A stretch of 60,564 nt of DNA, filler included, from Bipalium vagum (Eukaryota), in the NCBI GenBank assembly GCA_037834085.1. It is 3 parts of 3 records of this genome, joined end to end, with 100 filler letters (N's around TTAATTAATTAA, not from the genome) between each part and the next. Parts side by side here need not be neighbours in the genome. Positions count along the whole stretch, not along the records: positions 1 to 16,024 come from JBBMKC010131728.1; positions 16,125 to 38,705 come from JBBMKC010219353.1; 1 more part is not named here. One strand, written 5' to 3'. A model generated the notes under the pieces. The model saw only the letters and a program-made list of their open reading frames with translations. It ran no database searches and was not told the origin of the DNA. The translations under genes and the position numbers were made by a program. Below are positions 14,101 through 26,900 of the stretch, one piece after another (within the stretch, counting starts at the first letter, position 1; every line of letters starts with the position of its first letter).

Positions 14101-15690
14101 TCCCACAAAAGAATAGTATTTTTGTTTTATTTATTAAAAAGAATATTATAATAAATTAAAAACCAGTGACAAAGAATTTAAAAAATTCTCTTTATAATTC
14201 ACTAACATTTCCACATTGAAATCTTTAATCTGTAAACAGACACTTTGTAAAATCAAAGCTCGTTTGACAGTCGATTGATTTTGGAAAGCTGCCGATAATG
14301 CAACGGCCAATAAAGTTGAACATGCTTCATGATCTAAATGACGGTGCAAATGTTCTTGAAAAATATTCACTGTTGAAGGTGTACAGAGTTGAGAAGATCG
14401 ATAATAAAGATGCAGAAGATCGATGAATACTTGAACTCTGAGAAATCTGAATATAATAGTTTTTGATTTATCTTGTCATTGTACCAACAAACATACAGAA
14501 TTTCCAATTCACTTTCACTTTGAAAAATTGATAGATTCTGCTGACTTAACATATTAGACTCCAATTGATTTTGGATAACGAGATTAATATGACAAATTAA
14601 TGGCACAACTTGGACCAGCCATTGATCGCCAATCACCAGCAGAGTTGTAACCAGCTGAACAACATGTACCAAGCTTTTTAAGAAAGTAGTTAATTTTTGA
14701 AGCTCAAGCTTAGAACTTTCAGACTTATTTGAAGAATTAGATATCACTCCTGTCATAAAAAGATTAACGGAGTTGCCGATGAGAGATAATTTAGAGAGAT
14801 TTGATTTTTTGAAAGCGAGGATGTCCTAATGTGAAAATATAATAATAATAAAAATTAATAAAATTTAAAATCTCTTTAAAATTAAAAAAACAAACCATAA
14901 AGAGTTCATTCAAAAGTTGAGCGGATATTGATGATAGAGTCATGTCCGAAGTGGAAATAGAATGAATAATATGGTCAAGAAAACAATAGGTTGAAGGATG
15001 GTCTTCATTTGAGTATTTATTACAGTCGTCATTGGAATCAAAACTGATGATAATATCCACAATCATTTTTTTGTAATTTTCATTAATTTGAATAAGGGCA
15101 AGAAGAAATGACAAATACTAATAAAAAATAAATTTCATAATTCAATAAAATTATTTTTTTCAATATATTTTTAAGTTATCCCTCAAGTTTTCTTTCTCAT
15201 TGATTTTCCTAGAGATATTAAATATCAATAAAATACCTTCTCTGTTGTTATGGTATCTTTAGTTTTCAATAGACTTATAGCCTCTTTTAAAGAAATTGGT
15301 AACGATCGATATCTAACGTTAAAAAAATAAAGAAATCGATAATTTTGAATTTTAAGTTGATATTACTCGCAAATCAAATTCAATGTCATGGAGTTCGTAC
15401 AAATATGGCTTAACAAATTGGCTGCATATAAAGAAGCCCAGCCAAAATCACCGTTCAACATAATATTGAAAAGAACTTGCAAAGTCTGTCTAATGTTTCG
15501 TTTATTGAAGAGCTGAAAGGCATCCATAAAATGTAGAATAATACCTTTAGTTCAAGAAAATCAACTTTACTCGATCATCGGATTGGCACAGATGAAACAT
15601 GATAGTCATTGTGTAGACAATAGTGGACCGTTTTACTATTTCCGATGACAAAAATTTCAATAGTTGTTTTCTTAATGTTTGATAATTATC
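8162..15690 (-). CDS. CIP2A: CIP2A (cancerous inhibitor of PP2A / KIAA1524) homologue, 5'-truncated by contig end
   Basis: Phase-consistent GT-AG exon chain (minus): 15690-15571, 15512-15367, 15312-15237, 15117-14896, 14825-14497, 14437-14207, 13242-12893, 12846-12770, 10062-10003, 9960-9758, 9632-9571, 9528-9389, 8482-8162 (stop). LFNKRNIRQTLQVLFNIMLNGD matches CIP2A [31 protein letters not shown] matches DFPALVLGE. NKTAAIHQNETLLNQYRTKLIDAEKE matches [26 protein letters not shown] (human sequence recalled from memory). Confidence 0.9.
10339..10489 (+). repeat. Inverted 151-bp copy of Tigger transposase segment 11218-11368
   Basis: Near-identical reverse complement (about 4 mismatches) read directly. 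Confidence 0.92.
10512..12461 (-). mobile_element. Tigger/pogo DNA transposon (CENP-B HTH + DDE_1), full length but disrupted, in a CIP2A intron
   Basis: TA-flanked TIRs cagtagaaccttgctataac / tcatatcaaggttccactg. Motifs FCASNDWIMRFKGRHGI, IFNADETDLFYRLLP, KERITVLLCTN, LPPNTTAKL*PLDQGII. Several frameshifts and stops. Confidence 0.93.
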
Positions 15691-15948
15691 CTAATTTTAA
15701 AAATGTAATAAGAAATATATAAATAAAATGTTGTTTTTGAACATAATTTTATTTTATTGAAATATTAATAATATTATTAATTCATAACATCAACATAATT
15801 TATTTCATTTTCAATTTCTTATAAAAAATTTAATCCATTAGTTATTCTCAAAAAAAATAGAGTACTGTATGTATATAACAGATAAAATTAAATTCAACAG
15901 TTACATATTTGACTAATTCAAATCTATTTTTATTAATTGAAATAATGA

Positions 15949-15949
<1 letters not shown>

Positions 15950-16024
<75 letters not shown>
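15950..16024. repeat. Compound (TAC)n-(TAA)n microsatellite at contig end
   Basis: Seen directly. Confidence 0.93.
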
Positions 16025-16124
16025 NNNNNNNNNNNNNNNNNNNNNNNNNNNNNNNNNNNNNNNNNNNNTTAATTAATTAANNNNNNNNNNNNNNNNNNNN
16101 NNNNNNNNNNNNNNNNNNNNNNNN
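16025..16124. other. Artificial contig-joining spacer (44 N + TTAATTAATTAA + 44 N)
   Basis: Exactly 100 nt, palindromic 12-mer with stops in all six frames, identical to 38706-38805. Confidence 0.95.
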
Positions 16125-16157
<33 letters not shown>

Positions 16158-16191
16158 GCTTGAAATTTAATTTTTAAATTATCTGTTTCAG

Positions 16192-19100
16192 AGGATATTA
16201 CTTTGACTATACTGGAAAGGCAGTACCTGATACCAAAAAAAGAGTCTGGAGTCATCACGATTTTCATTTCGACAACATATTGTACGCCATGCTAACACTT
16301 TTCACGGTTACTACTGGAGAAGGATGGCCTACGTTGGTTTATCATATAATTTTGTTTATTTTGCAAAAAATAAATGTAATTTCTTCTAAAAAATCTCCCA
16401 CTAAAAAAAAATTTTAAAAATCTTTTAAAAACTATTTAAATGAAATTTTATATTATTGATTGTTATTATTTTTTCACATTTTTCTTTTGTATAATATTTT
16501 AATGAATTTTCAAAATTATGAATGTCACTGCATATTAAGCTAATTAATCTGACAGAATAATTAAGTCTTCAAAAGAAACGGCCTTAATTACATTTTAATA
16601 TGGTTCGCTTATCTCTGTTGAAAGTCACAAAATTAAATAAGTTCACAAACATTTTCTTAAATTGAACTCATATTTTCCATAATAATAAATTATTAATTTT
16701 NNNNNNNNNNNNNNNNNNNNNNNNNNNNNNNNNNNNNNNNNNNNNNNNNNNNNNNNNNNNNNNNNNNNNNNNNNNNNNNNNNNNNNNNNNNNNNNNNNNN
16801 NNNNNNNNNNNNNNNNNNNNNNNNNNNNNNNNNNNNNNNNNNNNNNNNNNNNTTGAAGAATATTTGATAATTTCTTTAATTAATAATATTTTTAAAAATA
16901 ATTAAGAATTATTAATAATATATAATCATTATTAACATATTGTAAATTAAAAACTATTCCTATTATTTAACCAATAAATAATTATTCTCATTAAGTAAAC
17001 CAATGATATTTTTAATTTTATTTTTGATTTAAATAAGAACTTTTAGCAGAACTATTTTAATACTTGTCTTAAAATGATTGATGAGTTTTCTTTTGTTATT
17101 TTTCATAAAATTTGATAATTTTGTCAACTTTTACATTTAAAAATGTCTTATCAATATAAATCTACTGTTTTTTGATATGTTGATCGGAATTGGAATAATA
17201 ATGTTTAGGGAATAATTACCTATTTATTTTTCGTGTCTATTTTTGTTATATCTTATTGTCAAAAATTAATATATAGAATCAAAAATTGTTTAAAAATTTC
17301 AGTTTTATGGATTTGGTCATCGATACATAAAGAGACGCCTTTGTAAAAACTCGAATGGGTAAGAATTCCAAAAACGTAGAATAGGGAACATTAAAATATT
17401 GGTAGTAAAATAACAACTAAATAATATTATTAACCAAATAATAATATTATAGATTAAGAACAATAATTTATAGAAAAAACAGATACCAGAGTGTGTACTT
17501 CAAATAAGTAATACGAAATTTTTTTTAAATGAACCAATGAATGGATGAATACTCAGATTTGGGTCACTGACATCGGACTATAAGTAGATTGATGTTTAAC
17601 TAGATGAAAATAAAAATGGATTAGAAAAAATGTTTCCCTGTGACTACATATTTTGACTCGAAAACCAATGCAAGCTTATATTGTTTATAAATTTCAATGT
17701 CATGGATGTTGATATGCTATATTATTGGTACAAATAAATAATGCGGACTTTTTTAATAACCAAAGCATGGTAATTTCGAAATAAAAAATAATTTATTCAG
17801 AATAATGGCTAGGTAACACCTAATCTTATGACAAGTTGATTTTGCGATTGACAGGCATCTTCATCCAATAAATTTTGTAAATCGTGGTTTTCAAATTTGG
17901 AAGGATGGCCTGGACGGTCTTTATCTTGCAGACTGAGATCATAACAACTGAAGCGGTGAAACCAACACTCGCATGTGTCCTGAGATACTACAAATTTTCC
18001 ATAAATATCGCATAATATCCTGCAGCTTTCTACGGCAGTTTTGTTCGTCATGAAGTAATGAATGAGAACGTCCCGCAAGTGTTCTTTGCTTGGCGTAAAT
18101 GTTGACATATTTAGTTCTAAAAAATTTGAAATTATTAACATATTAAGAAAATTTTAATGATTACCCTTTTAATTAAATATTATTCAAACAAATTGATTTA
18201 TATTTCAATTCAAAATTATATTTCGATGTCACTAAATCTATTTTAAATAAATCCGCAGTATTTATTTGTACTCCTTATAATTAATGTTATCCTTTTATAT
18301 TATGTTTTTACTTAGACTAATATTTGTTTACGACTGCGACGAGAACTAGACGGCTTATTATTGTCTATTTTAAATAATAACTTTTTAATTATTTTGAAAT
18401 AATTAATAACAAAATTAATTAAATGAAAAAAATAGTTAATTTTCTCAAAATTTTCCTGAAAATCTTCACTTATATTTATTCCTTTTTACACTATATTACA
18501 TTAATTTAAGTTTATTTTATCCCAGGTAATTTTATAGTACTGCTTAAATTGTATTCTTTTATATTTATTCCAGAAACAACAAAATGATCAAAATTCTTTT
18601 TATATTTAATTTTACTTATTTATTTTTATTCATGTTTAAATCATAATAATATTGTACATTTTTGCTGACATGTCATTTCATATTGGCATTATTGTCATCT
18701 ATTCTTTGAGGATGAAAAAATAGGTTTATTTCTTAACATTACATGCAATCTCATATTCTTAATAAATAATTTTAAAAGGCCTGGAATTAATTTCATTTTA
18801 ATGTTTATATGATTAAATATTAAAGGTGACCTAATGTTTTAAAATAATGTTGGATAATATGAGTAATTATATTTTCTGCTGACAAAAGAATTTTCATTAT
18901 ATTCATTATTATATTAATAATAATAGTATCATTATTATTAGGAAAGATTTTAAAATCTTTCATGACTATTTAGTCTTAATTTATCTAATAAAATATTAGA
19001 AAAATAAAAGCAAACCAAGAATTCGGCACACTTTCCTGTATTTATTAAGCACCAGCAAGCAAAGGATAACTACATTTTGTCACAGTTCCATATAATCATT

Positions 19101-22100
19101 GTGCGATGTAATGTACTTATTTCATCGTTCCTCCAGTTTCTTTATCCATTGCTCAAATCATTCGTTGCAGAAAGTTTTTCACAGCTGCCTATATCTCATT
19201 TTCACTAATGAAATGATCAGCGCAGAGGAAATCTTTCATAGGATTAAATAGGTTCTAATCGCTTGATGCCAGGTCTTTCACTTCTGTTTTTTCACTTCAA
19301 TTCACGGATTTCGGTGTGGACACTGTCATTATCTTGGAGCAGCAAAGGTTTGCGGTACAGCTTTCAGGGATGAATTTCTAGCAACTTTTGTGTACAGTTT
19401 GTATTGAGTAGTTGTAATATGCAGCACTGATGATGTACTTTAGAAGATAGAAGTCCACATGAATAAGTCTTTAGCAGAATACAGTAACTTGATATTTTTC
19501 AACCGATGGGACTGACTTGACATGAACAAATCTTTGTTCACCAGGTAGCAACCACAAAACACATTGGTGCATAGTTTCAGACATGTAATGTGACAAAGAA
19601 GTCTCATCAACAGTAAAAATGTATGACCATAAAAATTTTTTCAAGTTACTATGACTGGTACACCACCGAGTGGACCACCTTCAAGTGATTTTCTTCGAGA
19701 AACAAAATGCATCATTCATCTGCTTACTGTGGATCTGAAATGTGCATTATCTCCGTAATGTATTTTTAGTCGGCCGGTCGATGATAAGACTCTTTGTAGA
19801 GAAAATAAATGATTGCATTCCATTGTTCGTACAATTCACTAAAATGATTATCGAGCTAATATTTGTAGCCACGATATAAATCAATACCAAAATTAGGAAT
19901 GCACAGCACACACCTAAGCTATACAACCATGTTAATTTTATTAATAAATAAGAATTTTATAAATTAATCAATAGTGTGGAGAACTTTCGGTACGTCCATC
20001 GTACTATAAAATTTAATAATAAATTAATTTTAAAATAGCAGAGAATTATGAAAACTGTGAGAACCATTAATATTTATTGCAGAGTCCTGAAAAACTCAAT
20101 GGAGTCAACAAATTCGGATTTTGGACCAGCTGCTGATTATCGACAAGAAATGGCAATTTTTTACATCGTTTTTTTCATTGTTTTTCCATTCTTTTTTGTT
20201 AATATTTTTGTGGCCTTAATTATTATAACATTTCAAGAACAAGGAGAAAACGAACTCATTGATTTAGACTTAGATAAAAATCAAGTTAGTTTTTTTTTAT
20301 TTCGTAAAATAATAATAAATTATATTTCACAATTTGTAACAATTTGATGCGGAAAACTTTTTTTTAAACCTTTCCTACGATTTATCGATTTATGATTTAT
20401 ACAGATTGTAATGATTTGGTTACACTACGAATGATTACAAATTCGTATTATTTGGTTGATTACATTAATTTTTCTTTACAAAGGTCGTGTTAACAAATCT
20501 TTTTTCCATTATCAGTGACTGTTGATTTTTCAAACAAAGAATTGTGGACTAATATCTGTTACTAAATCGGTATCAGTGGAGTACAACTACTTAGAGATGA
20601 AAGACCATTTTCAGTTTGAAATTTGTACATGAAATTTTTAAGGTTGTCTAAATTTTCTTGGTTGAGATATATCTCAAGCTATAATAGATTTAATATTTCT
20701 GGGATCACTCTTATTTATTTGTTAAATTAGTCAACCTGAACTTTGAATAAAAATTTTATACTAGGCAGCAAAAAGTTAATTTTAAGCTGAATTTAAAGAG
20801 AACATTGTTCAAATAACTTCTTTAAACACATGGATCAATTCAAATCTTTTTATGAAGAGAATTTCATGTTTCTTCTAATGACTACTTCTGATAACTCACT
20901 TTTACCGGTTTTCGACTTTGCTAGGCCTCACATTTCAATGAACTTCAAAAATTTTCCACAAAAAGAGAGATTTTATATTGTACTATTTCTGGTGGTTTAA
21001 CTGGACTCTTATAACCTGCTGATACTTACTGGCTGATATCTTAAAAAGAAACCATTTCTTATGAATGGATAAACTTGCATGATAAAAAAACGAGCTCAAA
21101 GATTAATTTCTCCTCTTTTGAGACAATGGGGAAATATTCAATGGCTTAGAGAAATTTGGAATTTATAAAACCCGGGCTATTTTAAAAAAGTTTTAAACTA
21201 AGCTTTTTGGGTAATGATGCAATTTTGGGGGAAACGTCTCTTGAAAAAGTCATCATTCCTAACGATTTAATTGATAGAATTCAATGCTTAATTGTTAACT
21301 CTGAATCGGATTTTTCAAAATTAGAATATAAATAATATTATTAAAATATTTACGGTTAATAAATTCATATGAAATTTTACTTTTATAATGTTTTTATAAT
21401 TAGTGGAATATCAAGAGTAACTACTTAAAAGGGATGGGGGTTTATTATTAAATTTCTCGAAAAACCGCCGGTGCCTATATTAAAGGAGGTAGAAAAATAA
21501 AATAATCTGTGTTGTAAAACGTATCAAAATTGTCAATTTTTTTGTTTTAGATATAACGTTGATATAATTATATTTTTTAATTATACTTTATTTTGAAATT
21601 CAAAACCTCCCTCCTATTTTAGAAACAATGTATTGATTTTTCAATTAATGAAAAGCCTCTTTGCCGATATATGCCTAAAGATAAAACAACGATAAAGTAT
21701 CGAGTTTGGAGACTTGTGGTGTCCACTCCATTCGAATATTTTATCATGGTGATGATAGCTCTTAATACTCTAATTTTAATGATGAAGGTGAATACTTTTA
21801 ATGATGAATACTTTTTATTGTATAAATATTGATTGCATTATTATTTTAATTTATTACTATAAATTATTACTATATATTATTTTTTTTCTTATTTTTATTT
21901 TAAACAACAAAAAAAGACTTATCCTTTTAATAAATTGTTACTTACATATAATAATTTTTGATTTTTCATGACTAAAGACTAATAGTAATAAAAAATAATT
22001 GTTTAATCATTAAAAGATTGATTGTAATGTTCTTTTAATTTTTACCCAGAAATTTTTCAAAGCATTTTATTATGTATATCAGTATTTTTCAAAAAGGGGG

Positions 22101-23583
22101 CGCAAGAAATTTCAAACTTACAGTAAAGTATTACTATTGAGACCAGCCATCACCGAAAAAGGACAAAGATTTTATGTTTTATGTCAGAATGTGCAAAATC
22201 ATTGTTATTTTATAAATATATTTTAACTTTTTAGTGTTAAACAATGTTTTTATTAAAAAACATTACTTTGTTATTTTTATTTTAGTCCCTAGGATTCGCG
22301 AAAAATTTGAACTCTCAAAAAGGGTCTCAACACATAAAGTGTGAAGACCACTGGTGTATATTACATTACTTTGTTCATCAAATAAAAAATGTTCAACTTA
22401 TTATCAATTATTTTTAATAGTTAAAAGTTTATAACAAGTCTTCATAATTTCTTTTTTTACATATCACGTTGGTGCAAAAATATAGGCCGTTTTTCAATTT
22501 ATTTTTAAATTAATTATTATTTTATATTGACTAAGTTTCATTGTTTCAGTATTACCGAGAAGAGAAGAAGGCATCAAGTGCTGCAACCCATGATAGAGAA
22601 CAGCAAGCCTATTTAAATTACTGCAATACCCTCATTTTTCTAAATTCCGCTTTTACAGTCATGTTTTCTATTGAATGTGTTTTGAAAATAATGGCGTTTG
22701 GACCAAAGGTTTCAGACGAATTGTTCATAATAATTCCAATGATAATGTTCTTAGAATTATTTCAGGGATCCGTGGAACATTTTTGATTTTATAACCGTGA
22801 TAGGGTCTATAACTGATGTCTTGGTTTCAGAGCTTCAAGTATTTATTATCAGTTTGAGATTGGTTAATATGAGATTTTAATTAATAGGATTCATCTTTTC
22901 TCAGTTTGGGGTTTCTGAGATTGTTTAGGGCTGCCCGTCTAATTAAACTTCTTCGTCAGGGATACACCATACGAATTCTATTGTGGACATTTATCCAGTC
23001 TTTCAAAGCTTTGCCATATGTGTGTCTTCTAATAGCTATGTTGTTTTTTATTTATTCAATTATCGGAATGCAAGTGAGTTCTTTTGGTTTTTGTTTCAAT
23101 GCTATTCGTTCACTTTATAAAGGTTGATTAGACCTAATATTCTATTTGAAGATCTTTAACTTTGACAAATAACATGAAGTCTTCAAATATAAATTAAAAA
23201 GAATTCACTAGCAAATAATTTATTTTGTTATTTGAAGATTTTTGTTTAATGAAGATTTTCAAAGATTGTCAATGCATTTTAAGACGTGAATAAGTTCAAA
23301 AGAAATCATTTTGATTACATAATTATATATTTCTTGCGGGATCATTACATAGAAAGTGCGTTCAACAATTATAAGAAAATGTAACATTTTGTGATATTTC
23401 AGCTAGTTTCTATTCTTAAGTTATAAAAATTGGTAAATATTTAAATCATACCCTTTCAAAATTAAAAATTGATAAATATTGTGGCATATTTAAAATTTTA
23501 AAGGAAAGCAAAAAATAAATGTTTTTTTTTAATATAGAAAAAGGTTAATTAAAAAATTAATAATTTTCGTGTATTATCAATTA

Positions 23584-23643
<60 letters not shown>

Positions 23644-23839
23644 CAATCATCAATGTTAGAATGTAAAAAAGAATCTCTACTAAAATAAATCAACAGTAAA
23701 TAAATTAGAAAGTTTAATCTAAAGGGAAAAGGTATTTTGATATCAGTTTTCTTATATAAAGCTCTAATTGACGATGAAGATAAAAACAACATCAATAAAA
23801 ATCATTCTCATCTCTACTCAATATTTTAATTAAAATGAA

Positions 23840-23900
<61 letters not shown>

Positions 23901-26900
23901 TAATCAAATTATTTTTATCGATAATTTGAACCATTATCATTATCATTAATCTGGAATTCAAATTCTGTTGGAAAAGATGTGTGAATATAAATAGTTCCCA
24001 ATTAATCTGAGTTTAAATAGAAGAGATCGTTAAGAATATCATTTCTGAAATGAGGTACTAATCCGTCATGTTTCATGTTTCTATGATTTAAAGAAGTAAA
24101 AAAATTCCGTATTTTTACAATGCGTTTCTATCGTATCTTTATTGATTGTAATATCAGGATCACTACAGTACTTTTTTTCTGTGGACTTGCTTTCTTTGTC
24201 AGTGTCATTTAATGTAGGACTCATTCTTATTGGTGGTGGCGACGATGAAGAGAATTGTATTGTCTCTGAACTTGATCTCTGTGAATAGTGTATGATTTAC
24301 TTAATAAGAATCAAATTTATTAGGAGAATTAGAGGTAGATATGATTCTGCAATGTATTTATTAAGCAATAACAAGCAAAGGATAACTACATTTTGTCACA
24401 GTTCCACATTATCACAATGCGAGGTAATGTACTTATTTCACCGTTCCTCCAGTTTCTTAATCCTTTACTCAAATCGTAAAATCACTCTTTTCATGCCGCG
24501 GATTCCAGAAATTAAAATTAAATAATAAAAATATCCATTTAATGTTCTGCTCAAAAAACTCTGCCAATTGGATTTGCAGAAATATATTTTTTCTTTTTTC
24601 CTGCTTGTCAGCTAATGTCAGCGTATGATCTCGTTCTATTAATTATATGTCTCGGCCGCTCGTACTTTCTTTCTCAAGTCGTTTTTCTCTCTCTGGTTTG
24701 TTTCTCGCTTACCAGTTCGTGCATATTTTTTTTACCCAACATAATTTCTACCTAGTTTATACTTTTTTATTATTAATATGCATAAAGTTTAAACTTTCAT
24801 TTTTACAACTATATAATATACTTTAATCTTTGTTTAATCTCATCAAGAAGTTATTTAATATATCAAACAATTCAAAAGTTAATTTAATAATAGTTATTTA
24901 GAAAAATTAGAATCCAAGTTGGCAGATTATAAGATGTACTTACTAAATGCTCTCATTATAAGTTCAAAACCCGAAAAATTGCTGCTAAAGCCTAAAAATC
25001 AAAGTGTTCCATGCTTGCCAAAGGAACTTTATCTCATAGCACTTGTAAATATTGACTTAGGCGGATTAAGAATGGAAATTTTGATGGAAAGAATCTAGAT
25101 CATAGTGGTGTACCCCGTAACATGGAAACAGAGCGATTGAAAGCAGTACTGAATGAAAACTAGACACAAACTCAAAAAGAACATGTAGCTCAACTAGTAG
25201 TTGATCAGGCATTAGTTTTAGGACCATTACACAATACTGTAAAAATCATAAAACTTTGTAAATGAATATCACACCAGGTTTCCGAAATCAACATTGGTCA
25301 ACTACTCAATATGTCTTTCTCTTGGTGCAAAGTATCAAAATGAGTTTTTGGTTGAAATTTATTACTGGTGACGAAAAGTGAATTCAATACGAGAAACTTG
25401 AACGTGAACATTTATGAGTTAGTCCTGGAAAGTCATGCAGTTACAAATATGTGGTGTTGTTAAGGCAGCTTTTGTCATGGATAATGTTCCATTTCACCGT
25501 TCTTCACTTGTTGACGAAAAAATACGAGAACTTTGGTATCGATGTATCTATCTACCACCTTACTCTCCCTTTCTAAACCAGATTGAGAACATGTTTGCAA
25601 ACTGGAAAGGATTGGTTCAAAGATCAGCTCCTAAAATTGAATCTGATGTAATATAACTGTTGAAGAGATATCTCATTCTATTACAAGCAATGATTGTTTA
25701 GGTTTTTATAAAAATGATAAAATATCTGTCAAGATGTGCAAGAAAAGAAGTGATCATAGATTAAAAAATTTTCGCAATAAAAGTTGTTATTGTCTAAATT
25801 AAATGAAACTTTGTTTAAATTAGATGAAAAACCTGTACTATTTTTTCAAGTATTTAAAAACTTGATAAAAACATTTCAACAATTTTTTAATTTGTTGTTT
25901 TCTTTCCAAAAATCTTCACTTTTTTGGAACCTTTATTATTAAACTTATTGTCCTTTGAATGACTTTCTTTGAGAACTTATTCCATCTAGTTTTAAATTTC
26001 TCAAGTGTTTTTACTCTCCTTCATCTTTTCAAACTATCTGTTTCACCAGAATCCAATATCTTTCAATTGGGCACAGTTCCAGAACATTAGGTTAGTTCAG
26101 CTGTTTGGGCACAAAGTTCACATTATTGGAATCCATGGTATCTTTTTTCGAAAAATGATTGACCAGATTAGCAAATTGCTTGCTAGACTAATATTCTGGG
26201 GTCGAACTTCTCAAATGAAATATATTTACTTCTCACTGATTATGGATGACATCAGGTCTGGCAGTAATGGAAAAATCCATTTTCACATAGGTCTCCTAAT
26301 TCGTATGAATACAATTTGAGGAATTACAAAGAAGTTTCTTATTCAATTTTCGTGCCCGAACGATTGATTTTATCTGGTGACCCAGACTTTGCTTTGAAAT
26401 TTTTTGCTTTTTATGCCATTAAGTTGTTTTTCTTCTTAAATCTTTGTACCATTGATTGAGATCAACCAACTCTTTTTGATATCGTGTTGATATCGATTTA
26501 TCATTATCTAAACCCATGATTACCTTGACAGCTTATTGCACGAGGCACCTTTTTGACAACCAGGTCGACCTTTATTTTCTAATGTTTTTTTTTGCTATGC
26601 ATTTTCAAGATTTTGTTTGGTGTTCCTTGTACATACGTGCTACTTCTTTTCGCATTTTTCTTCTTCATATATCATATTTGATAAACAGATAAAAATGAAT
26701 TCAACTTTAACAATAAAATGAATGACATGAGTCATACTTTTAATCGATATATAAATTAAGAAAATTGATTAAACCTTGATGAAGTTACAACCGTTGAAAA
26801 AACTAAAATACTTTTCAGTTCAGTCCTTAAAATATTATTAAATTGATGTCAACATTATATTTTATTGTTATATTTTTATTGGAAAAACTCTTAAAAATAT

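Noticed and set aside
16069-16080. Palindrome TTAATTAATTAA as a regulatory or recombination site (also 38750-38761)
   Set aside because: Centred in N runs with identical spacing twice; it is a synthetic six-frame-stop linker.
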